Source: a virus
Reading direction: 5' to 3' (one strand)
DNA length: 64,000 nucleotides
IMG/VR virus record: IMGVR_UViG_3300027759_000002
Span: 115,755-179,754 of that record
Part shown: piece by piece, positions 1 through 6,629 of the stretch
How positions within the stretch are numbered: the first letter of the stretch is position 1
How the letters are laid out: each line of letters starts with the position of its first letter
Translations under genes and position numbers: made by a program
Notes under the pieces: model-generated
What the model saw: only the letters and a program-made list of their open reading frames with translations
The model's database searches: none
What the model was told of the DNA's origin: nothing

Positions 1-2
1 GT

Positions 3-794
3 GTTGGTAAAACCACAATTGCAAAGGCTCTCTGTGAAGAAGTCGGTTGTGATTACATTATGATTAACGGTTCAGATGAATCAGGTATTGATGTTCTACG
101 GAACAAAATCAAGAACTATGCATCATCTATGTCCTTGTCAGGCGGCCGCAAGGTTGTCATCATTGACGAAGCAGACTATCTAAATCCAAATTCAACTCAA
201 CCTGCGCTGCGTGGTGCTATCGAGGAGTTCTCATCCAACTGTTCATTCATCTTCACATGTAACTTTAAGAACAGAATCATTGACCCGATTCATTCACGTT
301 GTACCGTTATTGACTTTAAAATCAATGGTAGTAAACAGAAGATGGCTGCAGGATTCTTTAAACGTGTTGAATGGATTTTAGAACAAGAAGGTGTTACATA
401 CGATAAGCAAGTGGTCGCTGCCGTTATCACCAAACATTTCCCTGATAACCGCCGTGTTTTGAACGAACTACAACGTTATAGTGTTAGTGGTACAATCGAC
501 AAAGGCATCTTGGCCTCGGTTTCTGATGTACAGATGAGTGAACTGGTGTCTTCTATTATGAACAAGGACTTCGCTTCTTGTCGAAAATGGACTACAAACA
601 ACCTCGACAACGATATCACCAGAATCTTTAGAAACATCTATGATTCATTGTATGAGAAGTTGAAACCCAACTCTGTACCACAAATGGTACTAATTTTGGC
701 TAAGTATCAATATCAGTCAGCCTTTGTTGCAGACCACGAAATCAATTTGATTGCTTGCCTTACAGAACTGATGGTTGAATGTGAATTCAAATGA
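3..794 (+). CDS. gp44: Clamp loader large subunit (T4 gp44-like), 5' truncated by the window edge
   Basis: Open frame from nt 3 reads VGKTTIAKAL (Walker A end), then VIIDEADYL (Walker B) and SRC; RFC-like. Confidence 0.95.
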   Translation, partial: VGKTTIAKALCEEVGCDYIMINGSDESGIDVLRNKIKNYASSMSLSGGRKVVIIDEADYLNPNSTQPALRGAIEEFSSNCSFIFTCNFKNRIIDPIHSRCTVIDFKINGSKQKMAAGFFKRVEWILEQEGVTYDKQVVAAVITKHFPDNRRVLNELQRYSVSGTIDKGILASVSDVQMSELVSSIMNKDFASCRKWTTNNLDNDITRIFRNIYDSLYEKLKPNSVPQMVLILAKYQYQSAFVADHEINLIACLTELMVECEFK

Positions 795-1180
795 GTCCGT
801 TCGACTATGCCGATTACATCCTGAGAAAGAAGGTGCCGGATGGTGAATTGGACTACAAAGATTATGCACCTTTCCTAATCAATAGGTCTCTCTCCAACCA
901 CTTAGATTGTGTCTTGTATGTCAATGACATGAACTTGTGGCCAGGTATTGATAAAGACATGCAATACCAGTATCTTCTAAATAGTATCAGGCCTATGAAA
1001 CGTAAATTCGTTCCGTGGCAGAAGGCCGATTCTGATAAGGATATTGAGTGTGTGAAGACCTATTTTGGTTACTCTAATGCCAAGGCCAAAGAGGCCCTAC
1101 GTATTCTTACTGATGAACAAATCGCTGATATAAAAACAAAAATAGATACAGGCGGAGTGAAGAATAATGATAGACATTAA
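791..1180 (+). CDS. gp62: Clamp loader small subunit (gp62-like)
   Basis: Sits between gp44 and regA; Y.PFLINRSLS and YFGYSN.KAKEAL.IL motifs. Confidence 0.9.
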   Translation: MSPFDYADYILRKKVPDGELDYKDYAPFLINRSLSNHLDCVLYVNDMNLWPGIDKDMQYQYLLNSIRPMKRKFVPWQKADSDKDIECVKTYFGYSNAKAKEALRILTDEQIADIKTKIDTGGVKNNDRH

Positions 1181-1574
1181 AGACCTAGTTGAAGTGACAT
1201 TGGATGACAAAGATGATTTTTTAAAGGTACGTGAGACACTGACCCGTATTGGTGTCGCCTCCAAGAAAGACCAAACATTATACCAATCTTGCCACATACT
1301 CCACAAACGTGGTCAATACTACGTGGTACATTTCAAAGAACTATTTGCCTTAGATGGCAAAACAACAGACATTACCGAAAACGACCTATCTCGTAGGAAT
1401 GCCATTGCAAACCTATTGGAAGATTGGGGCTTGGTAAAGTTAGTCAATAAAAAACAAACCGAGGTGCCACCACCTATTTTCTTGTCACAGATTAAAATAT
1501 TGTCACACAAGGAAAAGAGCGACTGGCAACTTACACCAAAATATAATATTGGTAAGAAACCAAATAGTGGTTGA
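1167..1574 (+). CDS. regA: Translational repressor RegA
   Basis: DDFLKVRETLTRIG, LYQSCHILHKRG.YY.VHFKELFALDG. Confidence 0.95.
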   Translation: MIDIKDLVEVTLDDKDDFLKVRETLTRIGVASKKDQTLYQSCHILHKRGQYYVVHFKELFALDGKTTDITENDLSRRNAIANLLEDWGLVKLVNKKQTEVPPPIFLSQIKILSHKEKSDWQLTPKYNIGKKPNSG

Positions 1575-1599
1575 CAACTGATATAAATATTGTTATAAT
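1571..1599 (+). promoter_or_regulatory. Sigma70 promoter with a T4 late promoter nested in its spacer
   Basis: TTGACA(1571)-17 nt-TATAAT(1594); TATAAATA at 1582-1589. Confidence 0.85.
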
Positions 1600-1604
1600 A
1601 GTCC

Positions 1605-1796
1605 CATCGGGATGGGAAAAGTCAAAGGTGGAACCTGGTCCTACCGAGACTTAATACTCCAGGAAAAAGGTGCTCCACCTACCTTAGGAGCGTTAGTAAA
1701 ACGGGCAGACGTAATTGCCGCTGGATAACGTAACCAGTACCTTAAGCGATACGCCTTCGGGGTATCAATTTTTAATCTCGCTTTCAGGAGAAACTT
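1605..1796 (+). promoter_or_regulatory. Structured 5' leader of hsp20 ending in a ROSE-like SD-sequestering hairpin
   Basis: Several hairpins; TCTCGCT-TTC-AGGAGA (1776-1791) pairs the SD with a bulged G. Confidence 0.6.
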
Positions 1797-2240
1797 ATGA
1801 CTAATCTTAAAGATTATTTCGGTGTCGATTTCGGCAAAATTCAACCATTCACCGTGGGATTTGATGACACAATGTCAATCATGCGTGAAGCTGCAGCGGC
1901 TGCATCTAAAGCCGTATCTTATCCTCCATACAACATCAAACAGGTAACTGCAAACAAGTACGTCATTGAAATGGCTGTTGCTGGTTTCGCAAAGTCTGAT
2001 ATTGAGATGACTTTGGAAGGAAACAAACTTGTAATTAAAGCTGCATCTAAAGACGCAGAGGAAGAAGAATATTTGTACAAAGGCATTGCCAACCGTGCAT
2101 TTGAACGTACCTTCACTCTCGCAGACAAAGTTGAAATCAAAGATGCAGAGTTGATGAATGGTATGTTGAAGATTTGGCTAGAAAACATGGTCAAAGCACA
2201 AGATGCTATTAAGAAAATTTCAATCAAGGCCAAAGAATGA
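1797..2240 (+). CDS. hsp20: Small heat shock protein (Hsp20/IbpA family)
   Basis: YPPYNI, EMAVAGF, YLYKGIANRAFERTFTL, A.L.NGML.I. Confidence 0.95.
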   Translation: MTNLKDYFGVDFGKIQPFTVGFDDTMSIMREAAAAASKAVSYPPYNIKQVTANKYVIEMAVAGFAKSDIEMTLEGNKLVIKAASKDAEEEEYLYKGIANRAFERTFTLADKVEIKDAELMNGMLKIWLENMVKAQDAIKKISIKAKE

Positions 2241-2320
2241 AAAAATTTCTACAAAGTATACTTGAAGCCATACAGGCCATCAAAGAACACAGGTCAGACC
2301 ATACCTTAAAAGGTAGATAA
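2237..2320 (+). CDS. Possible 27-aa peptide MKKFLQSILEAIQAIKEHRSDHTLKGR
   Basis: ATGA overlap with the hsp20 stop; ends before a terminator. Confidence 0.45.
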   Translation: MKKFLQSILEAIQAIKEHRSDHTLKGR

Positions 2321-2324
2321 TCAT

Positions 2325-2351
2325 AAAGGGTCTTGACAGACCCTTTTTTTT
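2325..2351 (+). terminator. Intrinsic terminator whose loop is the -35 box of the next promoter
   Basis: AAAGGGTC-TTGACA-GACCC-T run; TATAAT at 2356 gives 17 nt spacing. Confidence 0.8.
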
Positions 2352-2370
2352 GTGTTATAATATAGACATT

Positions 2371-2553
2371 ATGAAAACTGAAAAACAATACATCAAAAAA
2401 GTTCGTGTTAAAACCACGTTGGAGAATTACTACGTTTGTTCACCAGAGACTAAAGAGATTGATGGTGTTCAATTTGTTTATGTAATTAAGAACATTGGTA
2501 TTAGGGAAACACCTAAATTAATGCGAAAAGAATCATTAGAATATATCAGATAA
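2371..2553 (+). CDS. Hypothetical protein
   Basis: ORF downstream of the promoter; ATG 2371 preferred because the 2350 start lies inside the promoter. Confidence 0.6.
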   Translation: MKTEKQYIKKVRVKTTLENYYVCSPETKEIDGVQFVYVIKNIGIRETPKLMRKESLEYIR

Positions 2554-2628
2554 GGGCTGATAGCTTAATGGTAAAGCAGTGAACTCATAATTCATTGAGT
2601 CTAGGTTCAATTCCTAGTCAGCCCACCA
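2554..2628 (+). tRNA. tRNA-Ile2(CAT): tRNA with CAT anticodon, probably Ile2 (lysidine type)
   Basis: Cloverleaf GGGCTGA/TCAGCCC-ACCA, loop CTCATAA; resembles the bacterial Ile2 scaffold; Met not excluded. Confidence 0.85.
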
Positions 2629-2641
2629 ATTTTAAAAAAAT

Positions 2642-3157
2642 ATGAAAACAAAATTTCGTAATGCATATATGAAAGTGGCCGAGACATTTGCACAATTGTC
2701 CTCGGCTCGCAGACTTCATGTTGGTGCTATTGTAGTCAAAGATGATAGAATCATTTCAATTGGTTACAATGGTATGCCTTCAGGTTGGGATAATGATTGT
2801 GAAGATAAAGAATACATGAGTGTTGATGCTGGCGGTTGGTTGGATTTGAATGAGATTGAAGAACGCTGGCCAAACAAAGAACAGATGCTTCCAAAGGAAG
2901 ACAATCGTTGGAGAAGATATGCACTCAAAACTAAACCAGAGGTTTTACATGCTGAAACTAATGCGATTGCAAAACTTGCTAAGTCTACCGAATCTGGTAT
3001 GGGTGCTACTATGTTTGTTACCCACGCTCCATGTTTGGACTGTGCCAAACTTATCTACCAAAGTGGTATTAGCAGTGTTCTATATCGGAACTCTTATCGG
3101 AGTGATGATGGTATCGAATTCCTACAAAAAGCATCAGTCTGGGTAGAAAAAATCTAA
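2642..3157 (+). CDS. cd: dCMP deaminase
   Basis: VGAIVV, GYNG, HAE.NAI, THAPCLDCAK zinc motifs. Confidence 0.95.
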   Translation: MKTKFRNAYMKVAETFAQLSSARRLHVGAIVVKDDRIISIGYNGMPSGWDNDCEDKEYMSVDAGGWLDLNEIEERWPNKEQMLPKEDNRWRRYALKTKPEVLHAETNAIAKLAKSTESGMGATMFVTHAPCLDCAKLIYQSGISSVLYRNSYRSDDGIEFLQKASVWVEKI

Positions 3158-3201
3158 TTCTCCTAAATAACTTGGGGTAATTGTGCCCTTAGGAGACCAG
3201 G

Positions 3202-3708
3202 ATGATTATTCGTGTGGTTAACTGTCCAGACAAAGATTTTAAGCCCTTTGTTGAAAGAGCTGCCCAATTCTTCGCTAAAGAATTAATACCTAATACACGA
3301 ATAAGAAATAATTGTATAACAGAAATTAAATTTTGTACCAAAATAACTGAATATGGTTTTGCTAGTATTGAAGATTATAATACAAGAAAACTACCTAGAG
3401 AATTCCTAATAGAAATAAATCCAAATATCGGATCCAGAAGAATACTGGAAACCTTGGCGCATGAAATGGTTCATGTGAAACAATATATTGATGGTGAAAC
3501 GAATGATGAGTTGACCAGATGGCGAGGTAAGAAGGTTGATCCAGATAAGATTGATTATTGGATTCAGCCATGGGAGATAGATGCTTACGGCCGTGAACCT
3601 GGACTTATTACAAAGTTTGCTGTATCAGAAAATCTATGGGAAATACTTGATGATTTTGTTGATCCATCTGGTCCAATAAATTATAACCCGATTGCCTGGA
3701 AAAAATAA
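3202..3708 (+). CDS. Putative zinc metallopeptidase-fold protein
   Basis: TLAHEMVHVKQY (HExxH) and a downstream PWEIDA. Confidence 0.7.
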   Translation: MIIRVVNCPDKDFKPFVERAAQFFAKELIPNTRIRNNCITEIKFCTKITEYGFASIEDYNTRKLPREFLIEINPNIGSRRILETLAHEMVHVKQYIDGETNDELTRWRGKKVDPDKIDYWIQPWEIDAYGREPGLITKFAVSENLWEILDDFVDPSGPINYNPIAWKK

Positions 3709-3711
3709 AAT

Positions 3712-4245
3712 ATGTCACATCCAACTCAACAAGAGTTTGTAAAAAAGTTATCATCGGATTTTCCACAAAACTTCAATAACATAAAGATGTTGGAAGTTGG
3801 TAGTTTAAATATCAACGGTACCATGAAGATACATTTTAATGAATGTGAGTATGTTGGTGTTGACGTTGATGCAGGAAAAGATGTTGACTTGGTTTGTGAA
3901 GGCCAGCTTGTCGACCATGCAGATGGCACATACGACACCACAGGTTCTTGTAATTGTTTCGAACACAATCCACATTGGATAGAAACATTTCAAAACATGT
4001 ATCGTATGACCAAAAAAGATGGATTAGTTTTTATCGTAGTACCAACAACAGGTTATCCTGAACATGGTACATCTAATAAAGCACCAAATGATAGTCCTTT
4101 AACCATTGCAAAAGGTTGGGAATATTACAGTAATCTTACAGAAGAAGATTTTTGTAAAAACTTTGATATGGATAGTATGTTTCATACTTACAAGTTTGAA
4201 ACAAATAATACTCCCGAATTATTTTTTTACGGATTTAAAAAATAA
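3712..4245 (+). CDS. Class I SAM-dependent methyltransferase
   Basis: MLEVGS, YVGVD...GKDVD, FEH, MTKKDG. Confidence 0.8.
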   Translation: MSHPTQQEFVKKLSSDFPQNFNNIKMLEVGSLNINGTMKIHFNECEYVGVDVDAGKDVDLVCEGQLVDHADGTYDTTGSCNCFEHNPHWIETFQNMYRMTKKDGLVFIVVPTTGYPEHGTSNKAPNDSPLTIAKGWEYYSNLTEEDFCKNFDMDSMFHTYKFETNNTPELFFYGFKK

Positions 4246-4258
4246 TTTTAAAAACCGC

Positions 4259-4287
4259 TTGCCAAGACATAAAAGTTCCTATATAAT
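4259..4287 (+). promoter_or_regulatory. Sigma70 promoter for the leader-peptide transcript
   Basis: TTGCCA(4259)-17 nt-TATAAT(4282); predicted +1 is about the A of ATG 4294 (leaderless mRNA). Confidence 0.8.
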
Positions 4288-4293
4288 AACACT

Positions 4294-4404
4294 ATGAAAA
4301 ATTTTAAACATAAACCCTTTACGTTACAGTCCGAGTATCGCACAATTAATTGTGGTGATAGCTCATGGGCGCCGACTGGGTTTTGTGTAAAGAGAGAGAA
4401 CTAA
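4294..4404 (+). CDS. Putative attenuator leader peptide (36 aa, all 20 amino acids)
   Basis: MKNFKHKPFTLQSEYRTINCGDSSWAPTGFCVKREN; its 3' part pairs with the downstream terminator stem. Confidence 0.75.
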   Translation: MKNFKHKPFTLQSEYRTINCGDSSWAPTGFCVKREN

Positions 4405-4434
4405 TACATAAGTTCTAAAAAAGACTTCAAACAC

Positions 4435-4470
4435 AAGACCCTAGACCTAAAAAATCTAGGGTTTTTTGTT
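4435..4470 (+). terminator. Intrinsic terminator (attenuator 3:4 hairpin)
   Basis: AAGACCCTAGA-9 nt-TCTAGGGTTTTTTG. Confidence 0.85.
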
Positions 4471-4523
4471 TGTTGTTTCAATACAACACAGTGGTTGCCA
4501 GGTCATCGAATCTGGTATACAAT
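4471..4523 (+). promoter_or_regulatory. tRNA operon promoter P1 with upstream palindrome
   Basis: TGTTGT-N6-ACAACA (4471-4488); TTGCCA(4495)-17 nt-TACAAT(4518). Confidence 0.75.
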
Positions 4524-4529
4524 ACACAC

Positions 4530-4546
4530 TGTTCTTTAAAAATTTG
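4530..4546 (+). promoter_or_regulatory. rrn-type boxA antitermination element
   Basis: TGTTCTTTAAAAATTTG versus E. coli rrn boxA TGCTCTTTAACAATTT; just after the promoter and repeated at 5055. Confidence 0.7.
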
Positions 4547-4557
4547 TCGTAGTTTAT

Positions 4558-4631
4558 TGGGGTATAGCATAGTGGTAGTGCTGCGGACTTTGAATCCGTA
4601 GGTCCTTGTTCGATTCAAGGTACCCCAGCCA
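4558..4631 (+). tRNA. tRNA-Gln: tRNA-Gln(TTG)
   Basis: Cloverleaf, loop CTTTGAA, encoded CCA. Confidence 0.95.
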
Positions 4632-4701
4632 TATAAAAACACATTAGAGATAAGCAGGAACTGGTTCGAAACGGGTCGCCTCGTTTAGTGTGTTTCTATA
4701 T
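4632..4701 (+). ncRNA. Candidate spacer ncRNA, copy 1
   Basis: ATATAAAAACACA...TGTGTTTCTATAT closing stem shared with 5359-5427. Confidence 0.5.
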
Positions 4702-4793
4702 GGAAGATGATGCAGCGGGGTTGGTCCTGCGACTGGCCTTGAAAACCAGGTTCTCAGAAATGGGATGGGGTTCGACTCCTCCGTCTTCCGCCA
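4702..4793 (+). tRNA. tRNA-Ser: tRNA-Ser(TGA)
   Basis: GGAAGAT/GTCTTCC-GCCA, loop CTTGAAA, long variable arm. Confidence 0.9.
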
Positions 4794-4798
4794 AACAT

Positions 4799-4886
4799 AG
4801 AAGGTTGCCCGAGCGGTTAAGGGAGCAGTTTGCTAAACTGTCGTTGCGAAAGCGGCGCATCGGTTCGAATCCGATACCTTCTGCCA
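4799..4886 (+). tRNA. tRNA-Ser: tRNA-Ser(GCT)
   Basis: AGAAGGT/ACCTTCT-GCCA, loop TTGCTAA, long variable arm. Confidence 0.95.
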
Positions 4887-4892
4887 AAACAT

Positions 4893-4968
4893 GTAGGTGT
4901 GACCCGAAAGGCTAGGGAGCAGATTGCAAATCTGTTACATGCAGGTTCGATTCCTGTCACCTACTCCA
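4893..4968 (+). tRNA. tRNA-Cys: tRNA-Cys(GCA)
   Basis: GTAGGTG/CACCTAC-TCCA (U73), loop TTGCAAA. Confidence 0.95.
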
Positions 4969-4972
4969 AACA

Positions 4973-5025
4973 TGTTGTAGGAATACAACAGTCTGGTTGA
5001 CAATGATTCATGGTTGTGTTATACT
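4973..5025 (+). promoter_or_regulatory. tRNA operon promoter P2 with upstream palindrome
   Basis: TGTTGT-N6-ACAACA (4973-4990); TTGACA(4997)-17 nt-TATACT(5020). Confidence 0.8.
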
Positions 5026-5054
5026 TCATCTATGAATTGAGAAATCAATCAAAC

Positions 5055-5070
5055 GTTCTTTAAAAATTTG
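5055..5070 (+). promoter_or_regulatory. Second rrn-type boxA
   Basis: GTTCTTTAAAAATTTG, identical to 4531-4546. Confidence 0.7.
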
Positions 5071-5081
5071 TTGTAGTTAAT

Positions 5082-5156
5082 GCTCCGTTCGTCTATCGGT
5101 TAGGACGCTGCCCTTTCAAGGCGGAAAGACCAGTTCGATTCTGGTACGGAGTACCA
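5082..5156 (+). tRNA. tRNA-Glu: tRNA-Glu(TTC)
   Basis: Cloverleaf, loop CTTTCAA, CCA. Confidence 0.95.
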
Positions 5157-5280
5157 TTTGTTTTGCTGACGTAAGCGCTTGAGTAAACGTCAACTCTAAC
5201 TAACTATGTGTATAAACGGTAATGCTGCAGCTAAATCCGTTGAGCATAGCAAATAGTGCGTCAGCAAAACAAATGGTAGT
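5157..5280 (+). ncRNA. Candidate structured ncRNA closed by a 22-bp stem
   Basis: 5152-5173 is complementary to 5257-5278; internal hairpins. Confidence 0.6.
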
Positions 5281-5283
5281 TAT

Positions 5284-5358
5284 GGGGGTATAACTTAACG
5301 GCTAAAGTAGTAGGCTTTTAACCTATTAATCAGAGTTCGATTCTCTGTACCCCTACCA
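5284..5358 (+). tRNA. tRNA-Lys: tRNA-Lys(TTT)
   Basis: Cloverleaf, loop CTTTTAA, CCA. Confidence 0.95.
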
Positions 5359-5427
5359 TATAAAAACACACTTCCGACAGCAGGCGGAACTCAGGATAAG
5401 TCCATTCGGGTGAGTGTGTTTCTATAT
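5359..5427 (+). ncRNA. Candidate spacer ncRNA, copy 2
   Basis: Same terminal stem as 4632-4701 with a different interior. Confidence 0.5.
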
Positions 5428-5520
5428 GGAGGCATTGTAGATATGGCGTGTTCTGCAGCGGACTGTAAATCCGTTCCCCCGTGGTAAACAATGTTGGTTC
5501 GACTCCAACTGCCTCCACCA
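5428..5520 (+). tRNA. tRNA-Tyr: tRNA-Tyr(GTA)
   Basis: GGAGGCA/TGCCTCC-ACCA, loop CTGTAAA, long variable arm, enlarged D loop. Confidence 0.9.
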
Positions 5521-5712
5521 AATCCCGTTACTACTTCCGTTAAAGTAGCGTTTGATTAGCGATAGAGATCCGGTGGCAGAAAACCGTTAGCGAGAGAAAT
5601 CTCAGGCTCTGATAGGCAGTTCCCTCTGCACACAGACATTAGAATAAAAGGGATGGACAGAGTAACTTCTCAATTAAGGGCTTGTGTGGAAACAAGTAGC
5701 TTATCCTAATTT
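5521..5712 (+). ncRNA. Candidate ~190-nt pseudoknotted ncRNA
   Basis: No ORF; multiple hairpins; loop TCCCT (5621) can pair with AGGGA (5649). Confidence 0.5.
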
Positions 5713-5787
5713 GGTCTTAAAGTGTTCATGGACGCACATCAGCCTGTCACGCTGAAAGAAGGGGATCGTTACCCCTTAAGACCGCCA
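5713..5787 (+). tRNA. tRNA-Asp: tRNA-Asp(GTC)
   Basis: GGTCTTA/TAAGACC-GCCA, loop CTGTCAC, T loop ATCGTTA. Confidence 0.9.
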
Positions 5788-5812
5788 AATAATTGTTGTG
5801 AAGGAAAAGAAA

Positions 5813-6169
5813 ATGAATATAAACGATATGGTTGGAAAAGTATTCACATCGGTAACACAAGATGGTTATGAGATGGTATTTGCGAATGAAACTGAAAAAT
5901 TCAGATTCTTCCATTATCAAGATTGTTGCGAAACAGTTTACATTGAAAGCATTGTAGGTGAGTTATCGGATTTAGAAGGCGAAACACTTTTGATTGCTGA
6001 AGAAGTATCAGGTGAAATACCAGAACCTAAAGAAGATGAATACATTGAATCTCGCTCATGGACATTTTACAAATTTGCTACACGCAAAGGTTATGTTGAT
6101 GTTCGTTGGTTGGGAGAATCAAACGGTTACTATTCCGAATCAGTAGATTTAGAATACGAGTTAGTATAA
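5813..6169 (+). CDS. Hypothetical acidic phage protein
   Basis: ORF with SD AAGGA; H.QDCCE.V and RWLGESNGYYSE motifs familiar from phage hypotheticals. Confidence 0.75.
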   Translation: MNINDMVGKVFTSVTQDGYEMVFANETEKFRFFHYQDCCETVYIESIVGELSDLEGETLLIAEEVSGEIPEPKEDEYIESRSWTFYKFATRKGYVDVRWLGESNGYYSESVDLEYELV

Positions 6170-6176
6170 AGAATAT

Positions 6177-6251
6177 TCCAGAGTAGCACAGCGGTAGTGC
6201 AGTTGACTGTTAATCAATTGGTCGTAGGTTCGATCCCTGCCTCTGGAGCCA
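6177..6251 (+). tRNA. tRNA-Asn: tRNA-Asn(GTT)
   Basis: Cloverleaf, loop CTGTTAA, GCCA. Confidence 0.95.
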
Positions 6252-6465
6252 ATACGTTCCGCTTGGTTAGCGGATACTGTGACCCGCAGGATAAGAAGTG
6301 AGGTGACTCTCAAGGGTGGTAGTCTTTTTACCGAAAGGCCGCTGGCAATGCGTTAACGATCCTGGTCGGGAAGCGGGTGGAGGTTATGGGTGTATTCCCC
6401 TTGAAAAAGGACATGTTTACAACTATGATATAATTACCGCCGCAGGATGCAGAGCACTTAATTTC
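6252..6465 (+). ncRNA. Candidate ~210-nt GC-rich structured ncRNA
   Basis: CAGGAT/ATCCTG and ACCCGC/GCGGGT long-range stems, further hairpins, no ORF. Confidence 0.55.
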
Positions 6466-6539
6466 GCCCTATTAGTATAATGGCATTACACCTGTTTTGT
6501 AATCAGGTTACGGCAGTTCGATTCTGTCATGGGGCACCA
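6466..6539 (+). tRNA. tRNA-Thr: tRNA-Thr(TGT)
   Basis: Cloverleaf, loop TTTGTAA. Confidence 0.95.
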
Positions 6540-6545
6540 GTTTTT

Positions 6546-6621
6546 CTCTCTGAAGCGTTATCAGGTTGCGTACACGGTTTGGGGCCGTGTGGTCAAGGTT
6601 CGAATCCTTGCAGGGAGACCA
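6546..6621 (+). tRNA. tRNA-Pro: tRNA-Pro(TGG)
   Basis: CTCTCTG/CAGGGAG-ACCA, loop TTTGGGG. Confidence 0.9.
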
Positions 6622-6629
6622 GTTTTTTT

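Noticed and set aside
3758-3766. Isolated DnaA-box-like 9-mer
   Set aside because: A single match inside a CDS is expected by chance, unlike the 53762 cluster.
4702-4793. Possible selenocysteine or opal-suppressor tRNA
   Set aside because: The anticodon is TGA (reads UCA, Ser), not TCA, and the acceptor stem is a normal 7 bp.
5521-5712. Hammerhead ribozyme or RNase P RNA
   Set aside because: CTGATAG does not match the CUGANGA core; the GCTTAT end resembles RNase P but no GAAAGTCC partner for P4 exists.
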